DNA from: Felis catus
Taxonomy: Eukaryota
NCBI RefSeq assembly: GCF_018350175.1
Contig: NC_058383.1
Location: 21,640,001 to 21,704,000, forward strand
Length of the DNA stretch: 64,000 nt
Direction: 5' to 3'
The position numbers and the translations under genes were made by a program. Positions within the stretch are counted from its first letter, which is position 1. The number at the start of each line of letters is the position of its first letter. Under the pieces are notes generated by a model. It worked only from the letters and a program-made list of their open reading frames with translations. It was not told where the DNA came from and searched no databases. Positions 47,005-60,990 of this stretch are shown here, piece by piece.

Positions 47005-49244
47005 CTAAAATAAAAACAAACAAACAAAAAACAATGTAAATATGAAACTGAAAGAAATGGATTGTTATGATATAATGTTCATATATTACTATTACATAAG
47101 ACATATACACTTTTATTAAGGAATTTGTCACTCAGATGAACTGCATAGGAAAAGATATGCAAAGAAAGCATGCTTTTCCCACAGATGTGCCCCATTGTCT
47201 CTGACACAATGTTTAGTAATAAAAAATTTTGAAATGTTTCTTTTAGATACATAGCAGAGAAGACATCATTGTATGATAGTAAATTAAAAAAAAGGGACTG
47301 CACTGTTCTCATTATTTAGTTTTTAAATGATTTTTATGTAACTTGTCACCTTTAACATTTCGTGGATCTACTGAATTTTGCGTATGTTTAAATGGCTTCA
47401 AAAATTCTTCTTTCAAATGATAAAAGATGGATTAAGTTTTCTGGAAGAAAAGCTGAAGTTAGGTTAAACATGGTTAACTTTTAAGTATTTCTTAGTGGGA
47501 GAAAATACATCAAACATATCTGTCGCTTCTGACACACCCGACGATTCAGTAAGATCACTGTGTTCAGAAGCTGAACTGCCACAAAGCCCGCCTTTCCGTG
47601 CCTGCCCCATCGCACACCCTGAGGTCTCCTCATGAGGAGCAAGGGCTTGTGACTCCAACTTCAAGGGCCCCCAAAAGAAAGAAGTGATTACAGACAGAGG
47701 CCACAAGCGAAAATCAACTTTTTTATTAAGACCAATTGCATGGGAGTCCTAAAAATAAAAGACACGAGGAGAGGCAGGGAGGTGAGGAAAGACCAAATAA
47801 TTAGTAGCTGAAGAACCAGGAATTCTTCCAAAATAAAGACAAGGCTTTCCTTAAGTGCCATGGGGCATGATAATTTTGCTTAGTCATATGAAAGTACTGT
47901 CATTAAAAATATCATTTTTTGAATTAGATCATTATAGAACTAGGTGGTAAAGGACTATATGGCAATTACCCTACTCCTGAAGCCACACTGAACAATCTTC
48001 CCCTGGAGAGGCAGAGTCAGTGTGGCCAGTGAGCTACTTTACCAAGCTTTAGAGCACTAATGCTTTGGCAAATAATGGAGGCCCATCTTTTACTCTACAT
48101 GGATCAAAAATTAAAAAAACAAAAAACAAAAAACAAAAAACCGATGGAAGGACAATGGCAAAAGACCAGTCAACTAGCTTGAACCCTTTATTTCTGGAGA
48201 TATTGTTTTAAAATTTGATGGTAGAAAAACAGTCTTATTAGAGAGAACTTGGTATATGAATAGTTTATGACAAGTACCGTACCGTGTCAAACAATAAGAT
48301 ACCTAATTTTCTGAAGCAAAACATTATAGCACAAAAATTATTTTACATCCTAAACTTAAAAAAAAAAAAACCCCAAAAAACTCTCCTGGTCTCTTCCACA
48401 GTTTACTTCCAAAGGAAACTAAGTTACAGAAGCCACGACCACATTACTAAATCCCAAGATGGACAGCCAGCGTTGCTCTTGTAGGCCTTAACATAAAGGA
48501 TGTGTACTCTCCAACTCCTCTGGAAAAACGACTCCAAGTTGCTTCAGAACAGCCAACCTCATTTAGCATTCTGTCATCTACAGAGAAGGCACCAAGAAGA
48601 CATCCAAAGGTGTCTGCCCATCAGGACGCTGACTACCACAGTAAAGGGACGGGAATAATAGAACCCAAGAGCGCCTAACAGATTAGGAGGAAACTGAACT
48701 CACATGTGGTCCAGGGACCTAGCGTATTACTCAGACTATTAAAAAGAGAATTTCCCAACTGGGATCAGTAATTTTAAGAGTTGTCTGCACTGTTCAAAAT
48801 GGTAGCCACTGTCCACATGTGGCTGACCCGTGAAATAAAGCTAGTCCAAACCGATGTGTAAAATACCAGACTTCTATTTTTTAGTATTTAAAAAAGGTAA
48901 AAATATCTCATTAATAGCAGTCATATTTTGGATATATTTGGTTACATAAAATATATTAAAATTAACTTCAACATTTCTTTTTTACTTTTACATGACCTTG
49001 TCATTTAAACCCTCTGGGCCTCGGTTTCCTAATTCTTGAAATGGGGTGGGGGAGGAGGGCAGGGGAGACTGGACTGCCTACCTTTCAGGGCTATTATGAG
49101 GCTCAAGTACAATATAAAAGATTTTTTTTTACAACACTATTCAAATGTGAGGTATCACTGTAGGACAGAATTAAAGGCTTCTGTCAAATCTAGAAGCAAA
49201 ATTACTTCCATATTGAATATTTTTCCCTTAAAAACACAAAAACA

Positions 49245-50595
49245 GGAGCACCTGGCTGGCTCAGTCGGTACAGCACAGGACTCTTGATCTCAGGGCTGTG
49301 AGTTTGAGTCCCACGTTGGGCGTAGAGCTTACTTCAAAAAACAAACGTGAACTGTGATTCGACAAGCAATTACCTCAACTGCCTCACTTCATAAAGGTAT
49401 CGGACAGGTGGCAGACACACCACACGCCAGGCTCTCTGTTTCTGTCAGGCTCTGCACCCGTTGTCCCCACCCCTGGATCCCTAAGCAGACTTGAGCGGCT
49501 AAGAGCTTGGTGTCTGAAGCCAGACTCTCAATCCTGGTTCCACCACTTAACACTACGTGACCTGGATCAAAATTAATTAGCTTCCGTAAAGCTCAGTTTC
49601 CTCATCTATAAGGGCAGAACAAAAACACCTACCCCAGAGCTGTTGTGAGACTAAAAGGATCTAACTCATGAAGAGCTCAGAGGGGAAAAAAGAGCTTAGG
49701 ACAGTGCCTCGCAGGCAGGAAGCTTTCAGTAGGTATTAGCAGCTGCTGCTGCCGCCGCCCGCCCGTCACCAGCCACACCTGCCGGTGGCACTGCCGGTGG
49801 CAGTGGCTCAATCCTTTCATGCTGGGAAAAGGCCCAACTCAAACACTCCAGGTTCCCAAGTCCCTGTTTATTTTCTCTTAATCATCTACAGTATCTAATA
49901 CAGTGCCAGGTATTAGAAACTAACGTTAGGGGGGCACCTGGCTGGCTCAGTCATTGGAACATGTGACTCTTCGTCTCGGGGTTATGAGTCTGAGCCCCAC
50001 ATTGGATGTAGGGATTACTTAACCCTTAGGGGCGCCTGGGTGGATCAGATGGTTAAGCCTCCAACTTCAGCTCAGGTCACCATGTCACAATTGGTGAGTT
50101 AGAGCCCCACATCGGGCACTGATCTGACAGTGTGGAGCCTGCTTCGGATTCTCCCTGTCTCTGCCCCTCCTCCCCTATTCTCTCTCTCTCAGAAATAAAC
50201 ATAGACATAAAATAAAATCTTAAAAAAACAAAAAGGAACCTTAGGAATAAAGAACTGAGGCTTGAAATCACCTATTTTAAATTAGATAATTAGGGCTCAG
50301 AAAACCTTTCTAGGATTTCTTAGCAAGCAGCACTCAGTCTAGCCTTCAAGGCTAGACGCATACAAAGTGGCTTTTTAAAAAAAATTTTTTTAATGTTTTT
50401 ATTTATTTTTGAGAGAGCAAGACAAACTGTGAGCAAGGAAGAGGCAGAGAGAGGGGGAGACACAGAACCCGAAACAGGCTCCAGGCTCTGAGCTGTCAGC
50501 ACAGAGCCCGACGCAGGGCTCGAACCCACAAACCGTGAGATCGTGACCTGAGCCACAGTCAGGCGCTCAACCGACTGAGCCACCCAGGCACCCCC
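49245..50595. mobile_element. Can-SINE cluster: ~49245-49345 (+), ~49929-50020 (+), ~50028-50235 (+), ~50385-50595 (-), with a MIR fragment at ~49490-49740
   Basis: Repeated cctggctggctcagtc / ggggcgcctgggtgg heads and one reverse copy. Confidence 0.88.
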
Positions 50596-51666
50596 AAAGT
50601 GTTTAAAAAAAAAAAAAAAAAAAACAAAACACGACTGGAGACCAGCAAGGTGAAACAAGCAGGACTGGAAGAGAACACCTGACCGCCCTGGATGACTGCA
50701 GCACTCCAGGCCTGCTTATGTTACTGCCCAGGCTGCTGAGAAAATGTTACTCACACTGCTGAACATGATCCCTAGTCTCAGAACAAAATGGTCTTCAGGA
50801 GACATAGCGATTAATACTTAAATCTCCAAAAAAGGGGAATGAAAATTGGAAGTTTTCTACAATGTAAGTCCCGCTTAAATTCAAACTGAGTACATTTAAA
50901 TCCACAAAGCCTAGAAAAATCCTCACAGCTCTTAACACAGTAACAACGGTCTGTGTTCAACAGGCTTTAAAACAATCTCAGCAGTAAAAGGTCCCAATTT
51001 GTACTGTTGCTTCCCTCCAGCCCCTCAATTCTTAAGTGCTTTCTAGGAACTACAATTACATGCTTAAAGGTTATACCAAATTATCCCTCTATAATTAACC
51101 TATTTCTCAACCTCCTTTTCCCTCCTCCCTACATTTCTCTCAAGATTCCTTCTAGAAATTTCTTCTAAAAACAAAACCTGGAGATAAATCCAACCTACTG
51201 CTACCACGGTTGCCCCCACCCCCCCGCCTTTTAATTGCTTGAGTGACTCCATTCTGAGCCTGCCTACTGCCCCCTGTTTAAGCACAGAAACTACATTCCC
51301 GTGGAATATCAAATTATTTCCTAAGCCTGAGAATTAAAAGATAAGTAAACAGCCATGATTCTTAGATATGAAATAGAAATATTTTCAAAAAACAAAATTA
51401 AAAATAAAGACATCCAGACATGGATCTTCATTGTGAGAGATGTACTGAGGCTGAAATATAATAAGAAGCATGTAATCTTTGTGTAACATTTCTTTAAGAG
51501 GAAGTTAAATACTTAAATTTATATTGAAGAAGATAAAATTTTAGAAACTACCATAGTAAAAATATTACGGTGAGCCATGTTGGTGTCGAATAATTTATGT
51601 AATGAGTTAGGTCACTGGTTTTTTTTCTTGTTTTTTGTTTTTTAAATTTAAAATAGAAAATAACCA

Positions 51667-52440
51667 GGGCACCTGGGTGGCTCAGTCGGCTAAGCATCCA
51701 ACTCTTGGTTTCAGCTCAAGACAGGATCTCAGTTTGCAGGTTCAAGCCTTGCATCAGACTCCGCACTGATAGTGCAGTGCCTGCTTCGGATTGTGTGTCT
51801 CCCTCTCTCTCTGCCCTTCCTCTGCTCATGCTCTGTCTCTCTCAAAATGAATAAACATTAAAAAAATGTTTAATTAAGTAAAATTAAAAAAAAATTTAAA
51901 AATAGAAAATAACCTGTGATCAGAATTCCTTAAAACTACTACAGTGACTATTAGGGACTGTTTCTGTATGCATGGCATACAGGCCTGTTAAATGCCTTAC
52001 AGAGATTATCACAATATATTATTTGCAGCTTTAAAGTTCACCTTTAGGTTGGGGGCCGGGGGGGGGGGGGAAGCAAGAAGTATGAAGGATACAGATGCCT
52101 GGCTGGCTCAGTCGGAAGAGCCTGTGACTCTGGATCTCAGAGTTCAAGCCCCACATGGGGTGTAAAGATTACTTGAAAATAAAATCTTTAAAAAGTAAAA
52201 AGGATAGGGGCACATGGGTGGCACGGTTGGGGGTCCGACTCTTCACTTAGTTCAGGTCATGATCCCAGGGTGGTGGGATGGAGCCCTGTGTCAGGCTCCA
52301 CACTCAGTGGAGCCTGCTTGGAATTCTTTCTCTTTCTCTCTCTCTCTCCCTCCACCCCCCCCCCCCCACCTCCGATTCTGTCTCCCCTGCTGGTTCGCTC
52401 TCTCTCTCAAAAATATTTTAAAAAAATAAAAATTAAATTA
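51667..52440 (+). mobile_element. Three Can-SINEs (~51667-51900, ~52094-52195, ~52207-52440)
   Basis: SINE heads and (CT)n/A tails; the first has TSD aaatagaaaataacc. Confidence 0.88.
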
Positions 52441-55400
52441 AAAAGATGAAAGATAACACCATGGCACCTAGCTCTGGAAAAGTGCCAGCTGGGGGATTAA
52501 GCAGCTTCCCATCCTATTCCTAGTTCTGTTATCCTGACAAAACCATGGTTGGCCACTTAACTCACTTTAATGCTTGGGCTCCTTCTATTTGTAATGAATG
52601 GATCAGAACAGATAGTATCTGAAGACTTTTTCAGAAATAAAAATATATAGGTTTTTTTTTTTAACATTTGCATAGATTACATAAAACAGGCAGATGGTTT
52701 TTACTGTGGTGAGTTTATGTTCCAACATTTATCTAAATGGGCCTGCCTACCTGGCTTATATAGCTGTCTGCCACCTACCTGCATACACCTGCTGGCTCCT
52801 TCTACAGACAAAAAGCAAGCTTGAGGAAACCTGTCTGAAAAGTCTTGTGACTCACATTCTTTCATATGGACTGTACATGTGCCAACTTGGGATTCTTCTC
52901 TGTTTTGTTTTTTAATAGCTATTTGGTAACAGCCTATAGCAATACCAGCTGTCCTCGCTTCACCGATGTGTGTCACTTGAATTCAGTTATAGGCTGGAAC
53001 TGGAAGAACAGTCTTATTTACAATAGCAGTCTACCCTACTACACTTAACATTTATTAGAGGTATTAAACTTTCTTTAAATGTGTTAAGTGATTAGTATTA
53101 CTGTGTCTACAGGACACACAGGGTACCCTACCAATGCTCCCCCACCATTATCGCTAAGCCTCTGTGATGATTCCAGTGGGACATGGTTAGGGGGAGAGAC
53201 TGGAATGGGTGAGGCAGGGATGGAGTGGAAAAGAATATGAAAAGCTGTCACTTCAGATCTGATGTGCCAAATGGCACAAAGGTCATTATTCATGTGTTAA
53301 AGACACTGACTTGGTGATTTAGAGATCTAGTTATGAAAGAACCTAAAGATGAACTTCAGCAATTAGAGCCATTATTTGTATTTGTCACAACTTAATTTTT
53401 TTTTTTTACTTACATTGCACACTTTAAAAGCATAACTTTTAAAGAAATCATTCCAGTGACCCCCCTCCCTGTCTCAAAACTTCCTCAGTGAACAAGGTAA
53501 ATCCTAAATAAACATGCTTCGTTCCATCATACCTTAGGCTTCTTCTCCAGCCATTTCACAGACATACCGACTTACCAGCTAACTTCTGAACTCCTCAGCA
53601 GCAGGGATCAACAGGTCTAACGCAACACGCAGACACCTGCCAAACTACTGATCCTACCTAATGTACACCTAAGCATCTTCTTCAACAAGACTCTGATGTT
53701 TCTTAGTTTTCTTCGTTAAGTAAATGGCCTTCACACCGTGGAACAAGAAGAGTCTCATAAGCCTTCTCCCAACCTCAGACTTGCAGAGGATACAACTTCT
53801 CTACAATAAATCCTGAGCTAAAGACTGATCGCACTGTAAAGACCAACCTATATCAACAGGCCTCTGACAGAAGCCTAAGGCATCATCAATGCTAAAACTC
53901 TGTATTAGAAACCTGTTTCAAACCCTGTGACCTTTATGGATGCATCCCTCCCAGTCACTCCTGAGAGCAACCAAAAGCCCAAGTGCCTAGAGTCGCCTCT
54001 CACCTCTTCACTCTCAGCTCTCCAGTGGTCTGTACTCTACCTCCCACCCCCTCCAGCACTCACTGGTCACGCTGTAAGCTCATCACTCCAGAAGGAAATT
54101 CTCATTCCCCCTTTCTTTCTATTTCCCTGACCTGATTAAGTGCTCCCACGATGCACTCCATCACTCAGTCTGGAACTTAAGAGTCAACCGAAGTTATTCT
54201 TCCTTCATATCCCCTTCAGTCCCTCCACCAGCACCCTAGCCTCTAGTTTCCACCTCTTCCAACCAAAGTCCAAGTCCGCCAAGTAAACATTCTCAAACGC
54301 ATCACCCTGCTAAAATGCCTTCGCTGTTTTCCCCAACACCTAATGGCCAAAACCCAGAGAAGAGTCGGCAGCTACCACCACCCTCTGCAGTCTCATCCTT
54401 GGACGTTTCTGCCCTTGGTGTCTCACCCCAGCCAATCAAAACCTGTACTTCTGTAAGGCTGTGGACGCTTACCTCGGAGTTGACTCTGCTTGGAATCCCT
54501 TTCTACTCTACTCCTTGCTCACCGGGCTAATTTCTATTCTAAGAAATTGTCCCCATTCCCCGGCCCCATTCCAGGCTGACTGAAGCAGTTCTGTGTGCTT
54601 CAACAGCTCCCTACCTACCGCAGACGTGTGCGCTGTTTTTCCCTAATAAATAATGCAGAGATAACTGTGCAGCCGTAACACAGTGCCTGGCACAAAAGAG
54701 GTAGAGGTTACAAATTAAAGTCATAATTTTCATTAGAATAGACAGGTGGAACAGTAATTTCACTGGGTCTTTTGGAACATTTTTAAGGTCCTTGAAAACT
54801 TGAGACAGTAGGAGAGGAGTGCCCAGCTGTCATCAGGATTCAGTATTAATTTGTAAAAATCTTTATAATCATGGACATAATCTTTTAGTTTTCTGCAATT
54901 CGTATTGCTTTAGTTACAGTTTCTGACAATGTACTGGCTAGAGATTATCTACAGTAAATTATGTCCTAGGCTAATTTTAGAGTATCTTAATGTAAATAGC
55001 AAATTCTTGAAATCAGCCCAGGTACTAAATAAAAAGTGAAAAGGAAATTGACACTTTATTCCCAATTGTGTGCATTATATGTATTACGTTATTTTGTTTA
55101 ATTAAATTCTCATTTTACAAAACACAAGGAAACTAAGGCCCAGAGAGGCTAAATGAAGTTTAAGGACACACCGTTCGGTATGCTGTGTGGGAGAGACAGA
55201 TTTCAATGCAGCCCTCTATGCAGCTACAAATTCCATGCTCTTCTCACGTATAGTAAGGTGTAAATATATTATGAAAACCTAGGAAGAGTTAATTGAAAGA
55301 CAAAAACCTGTATAAAGCACTTACCTTTGAAAACACTATCGGCAAGGTTAAAGAACCATGCATTAAACTGTACACACTTGGCAAGTTACTATATATGCAT

Positions 55401-55537
55401 ATTCAAAACACTGAATGTTAAAATGAATCTCAACTGAAGTTAAAACATTCAAATGCCTTAAAAAATCCAGTAAGAGTAACTTTCTTTTTAAATCTGTTTA
55501 GACCACTTAATATAGAGTTTATACATATATATACTAC

Positions 55538-55625
55538 CTTCTTTTGAGCAGCTTCCTTCTTTTTCTTGTCGTCTTTTTTCTTTTTCTTTTCTTCCATCAA
55601 CTGTTCTTCTTCTTGCACTAAATCC
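55538..55625 (-). CDS. TNRC6A: TNRC6A lysine-rich exon (probably exon 3), 88 nt: [29 protein letters not shown]
   Basis: Acceptor ttcag|G; donor AAG|gtagta; peptide visible in ORF 55430..55657. Confidence 0.95.
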
Positions 55626-56229
55626 CTGAACCACACAGTTGCAATTAACTTTCCCAAAATGTATTAAGAAATACAAATAAGGTTGCATACAGATTCATTT
55701 TCACTCTTATTAGAAGTAAAGACATGGCAAATTATTCTTTTACATTCATGAAATAAAACACAACTTGCAACCTAATCTAACCCCACAGCTACTATTTAGT
55801 ACTCTTCCTCAGGTAGCAGAGCTTTTGTCTTCGTGTCATGTCAAGGAAGACAACCTAAAATTAGCAAATTCTACTCTGGGAAACAAGCTACTCCTTCCAA
55901 TTCTAGAATGTAAACATCATGTGAGCCAGAGTTAACCTTGCTTCTGGCCCCAGTTATCAGTCAGTAGCCAACAGCAATGCCTGGGACCTCCCCACAACCC
56001 TCTCTGCCCAGGTATCTGGGGTATCTTTGGCTTTCCTGCTCTAAAAAGCTGCATTAACTATTTTTTAAACACAAGTTATTCACAAAAAGATCATGTATTT
56101 CAGCTTACAATAATTTCATATCCCATAAACATTCCAAATAATTCTATCAATAAGACACATGGGAATCAATAATGTACTCACTATATAAGTTTGTTTCAGT
56201 TCTTAAATCACAAATGCTTAAAGTTGTCT

Positions 56230-56445
56230 GGGGCGTCTGGGTGGCTCAGTTAAGCGTCCGACTTTGGCTCAGGTTCTCACAGTTCACGAGTTTGAGCCTG
56301 AAATCGGGCTCTGTGTGGACACTCAGAGCCTGGAGCCTGCTTCAGATTCTGTGTCCCTCTCTCTCTGCCCCTCCCCGCTCATGCTGTCTCTCTCTCTCAA
56401 AAATGAATAAGCATTAAAAAAAAATAATAAAAAATAAAAATAAGA
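56230..56445 (+). mobile_element. Can-SINE
   Basis: TSD caaatgct(t/c)aaagttgtc. Confidence 0.92.
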
Positions 56446-59400
56446 AAACCAAATGCTCAAAGTTGTCAACAGAACCCCTGGTTCAGAATTTCAAAACGAT
56501 AGACAGATTGGGGAAATGGGTCTGCCTCTTTCTTTCCGCTCCGCCTTACTGAAATGATAGGAAGAAAAAGTAATAAATCTATCCAGAGCTGATACATAAA
56601 CAAGAGCAGAGAAAGCTACAACCCAGGAAAAAACACAAGAAAAGTCATGAATGGATGAACGTGCCAAACCTTGGTGGAGCTCTAGAGAGGCTCCAACAGA
56701 GCTAGGAGAGCAGGAATAGGCACAGAGGAAAAAAAGACTGCCTAAGGAATAGAAAAGCCATAACCATTCCACTCCTCCTTTTCCACTCTCCATCCCCATG
56801 ACTACATGGCCACGGGCAGCAGCTGCACTTGAATCTAAAACCAAAGAAACAAAACCTTGGCAGGAGGCAGGGAGGACTCCTGCAAGGGGTTTGGGACCCC
56901 AGATCAAAGTCTTCTTTATTGGAAACTACTCTCCATCACACCAGTAAATCCTGGCAATCAACACCCTTTTCAGATAGACTCAGGATCCGTCCTTCCGTTT
57001 GAGGTGGGAGCCTCTGGGTAAGGAGGAAAGTTGGAGGAAAAGTTAGAGGACACTCACTCTAGTTAACCCATATTAATCCCCCTAGAGTCTAGAACCTAAA
57101 CCTTCATCCATAATATCAACAGGCGACCAAAAATCAGATACTTGAAGAAAATCACACAAAGAGAAAGTACCTAACTCTGCCCTGAGGAAGCTTCCCAGAG
57201 GGGACATTATAAATATCAGGCAGACAAGACAAGGTTCAAGGAACATGAGCTGGACATGGGGAACTGCAAATAATTGATAGGGGGTGAAATGCATATGACA
57301 GTGGGGATGCAGAAGATAAGATGAGAAAGACAAGCAAATACCTAAGAAACTGAAAGAGGGCTGCAGGTGTAGTGCAGTGAGATCACACAAAACTTAAGCT
57401 GGCTTTGTGGATGGAAGAAACTGAGAGGAGCTGCAGGTAGACAGTGAAAAACAAAATGAGGACATTACGTATGACAGATGGTAATTTAGTGAAGTTGCGT
57501 ACATGACCGATAAAATCAGTTAGAAGCTGGAAGAAGAGTGTAACGGTTGCTATAATCTGTTGTCGTTTTGTTCCAAGTAGAACTGTCGTGTGGCTGATGG
57601 AGTAGCACCACAGGGTCATGCCAACTACAACCATGACTCACTCGTTCACCTCTTCCGTGTCTGGGAGGCAAGCAGAGTGCGCAAGCTCTCTGTAACCCTG
57701 GGGAAGTCAGGGATCGAGACAGCCACAGCACAGGAGAAAGTAAAATCAGCAAACAAATTGAGTTACATCACCGTCATGTTACCCATTAAGACCAGATTAT
57801 TACCTCTAACTACTGAACATTCTTCAGCCTCAGTGTCTTCATTAAAATTGGAGATTAGTTTCTGCAGACATCTACTTCATAACATTTTGTAAGGATTTAA
57901 TGAGGAGCGCTTACTTAACACGGTGCCTCTAGCAAGCACTCAAATGCCTAGTTAGAAGCTCCTCTCCCCAATTCTCAGCGGCACGACTGTATTTACTTTT
58001 GTCAAGAGTCTACGGACACTTCTTGTGCAGAAACATCAGGAACCCCCAGCGTCTGCTCTCCGTGTCCTCCTGTAAGTATTACAGAGCAGATGCTTTCCGC
58101 CCTTGTCCTAGGTCAGTATTATTCTACTCCACGGCATGCTCCTTTGCTATTTATCCGGAATTTTGTCCCTCTTCTCAAATTTCATTTTGAAGGCTTTTTG
58201 ATGAGGTTAGCAGGTGTTTTCTGGCCCCAAATGGTGGCATTTGTACTTACAAGATGCAGCACGTTAGCTCTTGGGAGGTATTACAGTATCAGCTGCTACT
58301 CTAAGCACAGGGGAAAGTTCTGTTCTTCAGCACGGTCACCACAGCCAACTGACCACACTTGACCCACACCTCCTCCTTCAGAAAGCCACGTGAAAAAATA
58401 TAGAAATATCCTACCTGTGCCCAAACACTTTGGCTTTCAGGATTTAAATGCGAGCAGAGATTTATTTAAGACATCTATCATTTTACAGGTCTATCAAAAG
58501 GAGGAAGGGGTGATGGATCTGATTGATCTGCGTGGTCCATCATACTTGACACATGCTCCACAAAGAAAACATTCCAATCAGTAATCATTCATTCCTTGCA
58601 GGCTAGTAGCAGGACACCCAAATCTGCAAGCTCTGGATCTAGGAATGAGAACAAACCTCGGAGTGACTAAAATGTCCATGACTCTGCTGGGCACTTTACG
58701 CATATTTTCCCATTTATAGTTACCACTTGTTAAAAAATGATAAAGATGTAGCCTTTTATAAATGAAGAGGCTGAAGCTCAGAAAGAAATGAATGGTCCAA
58801 GGTCATACCGCTAGTGCAGGGTAGAGTCAAGATTCAAATCAAGGCTCTCAAAGTCCTGCTCTTTCCTCTCCAGCAAGAAACCTCCCAAAGTAAAGTGCGA
58901 GTGCCTTTCAGGAGCCACAGAGAAGAAATCCTTTGGCTTTAGACAGGTTCCGTGATAGACCTTCTTACTTACAGCGTATCTTTTCCCCAGACTGTGTGCC
59001 TCCACAATCCTTTCCTCATCTCCTTCCACGTTTTACAAGAACACTTCCATGGCTATGTCATCAGGAGCAAGAATGGCAAAAAAATCAAAGACAAAGACTG
59101 CACAGCCACTGGTCTGAACAAGAGGGGACTGGGCACTGGTGATCTTTAACAGAGCGACGACGGCATTTGTTTCGTGAATGTTTGTAGGAGGGGGATGTGG
59201 GAGACACAACTAGATACAACTAGTGAACGGCTGTAAGGTCCCACATCAGAGGAGTTCAATAGCTGAGAGAAGTAGGAAGGTAGCTAGAAGAAGGCTGCCG
59301 GAAATTAGCAAAAACGTCTGTCCTTTAGAAAAAACTCATGACGGAAAATGCCAGGCGCACGACAGAATACGCAGGACACTATCATCCGTGTAAAAAGCAA

Positions 59401-59757
59401 GAGAGAGGATATGTGCTCTCATTCCCCTGTATGTGTACGAAATGATTCTGGAAGAACACCTAAGGAACAAACAGTGGCTGTGGGGAGGAGGAGGGAGGAC
59501 CTGGGCTGATGGGGGATGGGAGGAAGGATCTCACTACAAACCTTTCCATAGTATTTTAATTTCTGAGCCATGTGTGAATGGTAAGCGTTAAAAAATTAAA
59601 TATTAACAATATTTTCAAGCATTAATATTAAATGAGTACATTTTGATCTTCACAAAGTAAAAGGCTGTTCTAGGTTTCTGGTTTGCCAAGAGATTTGGTC
59701 ATGTGTGCATGCTAGATTTTGTTAGGTTTCGTTCCTGTATCTATTGAAACACTTCTA

Positions 59758-59868
59758 TGATTTTTGTCTTTTTTATTTTTTTTCAGATTTTTATTTAAAT
59801 CCTACTTAGTTAACATATAGTATAATACTGGTTTCAGGGGCAGAATTTAATGATTTGATTTTTGTCTT
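59758..59868 (-). mobile_element. Very short 5'-truncated carnivore L1 3' end with a 13-bp TSD
   Basis: tgatttttgtctt at 59758-59770 and 59856-59868 flanks poly-T plus ttagttaacatatagtataatactggtttcagg. Confidence 0.75.
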
Positions 59869-59944
59869 CTGCTGGCAGGTACAATTAATTGTATTGATGA
59901 ATTTTCTAGTAGTGAACCAAGCCTGCATTTGCTAGTATAAGAAT

Positions 59945-60633
59945 TCAGCTCAGGCCATGATCTCATGGTTCTTGAGTTTGAGCCCCGCGTCGGACTCTGT
60001 GCTGACATCTCAGAGCCTGGAGCCTGTTTGGGATTGTGTCTCCCTCTCTCTCTGCCCCTCCCCACGTTTGTACACTCTCTCTCTCTCAAAAATAAAATAA
60101 ACAATAAAAAAAGATGAAAACTATAACGTTGTATCTTTTTTTTCTTTTACTAATTTTATTGGCAAAAATGTTCAAGAGTAATATCTGGTTCTGGCAAGAG
60201 TGAGAGTTAAAAGGTTCTCTCTTCTATTGCTGGTGGAAAACTACTGGAAAGTACTGTGGTGTTTTAACAACTGAAGTTATATACATTCCAGACAGCCAAC
60301 CCATTCAGTAGAATGTATCTGATGATAATAAACCCACAGTATGCATGGCCATATGCATATCAAAGTTCACTGAGAGGTTCACAACGGAAACTGAAGGTCT
60401 ATCAATAAAGAAATGGCTATCCTCTCGGTTAGCATTAGCACGTTGTATTGAAAAGGAGTTGCTCTGTTTGTTTATTGACTTGAAGGAATGGTCCTTTTTA
60501 AATTTTATTTTGTAAGATTTAATTATTATTTTAAGTAATCCCTACACCCACTGTGGGGCTCAAAACCACAATCCCAAGATCAAGCGTTGCACACTCCACC
60601 AAGTGAGCATGCCAACCGCCCTAGGAATGTTAC

Positions 60634-60683
<50 letters not shown>

Positions 60684-60990
60684 CATATAAATATATAAAG
60701 CAAGTTGCAAAAATGTGAACAATGTTATCCCATACTTTTTTCAAGCTGTTTATATGTGCTTGAACAACTTTATAGGAATTTAGAGAAAGTCACGAGGAAA
60801 TATCCTCCTGAACTAGGAACATCAGAGTAACCTCACAACTGGACCAAGTATCTAAGGAAATTATTAAGTTTTTTAAAAAGTGTATCCCAGGGGTTCCTGG
60901 CTGGCTCAGTTGAAAGAGCATGCAACTCGATCTTGGGGTCGTGAGTTCAAGTTCCACACTGGTACAGAGATTATTTAACTAAATAAATAA
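59945..60990. mobile_element. Can-SINEs: ~59945-60112 (+, 5' truncated), ~60500-60622 (-), ~60890-60990 (+)
   Basis: Recognisable SINE body sequences. Confidence 0.82.
60636..60680. repeat. (TG)n microsatellite
   Basis: About 22 perfect units. Confidence 0.97.

Larger units (their letters stand above)
1173..55625 (-). other. TNRC6A: TNRC6A (GW182/TNGW1) gene body, partial: 15 coding exons; both gene ends lie outside the window
   Basis: Spliced minus-strand translation gives one continuous frame (4463 nt) matching recalled human TNRC6A from [10 protein letters not shown] to NAFSNFPI. All introns are GT-AG with compatible phases. Confidence 0.98.

Noticed and set aside
49779..49806. Tandem ctgccggtggca duplication resembling CTCF cores
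   Set aside because: Poor match to the 5' half of the motif; a simple local duplication explains it.
51100..51312. RRNLERNVGR peptide resembling the missing upstream exon (DVERNLSR)
   Set aside because: It lies downstream of the Lys-rich exon in transcript order and the match is superficial.
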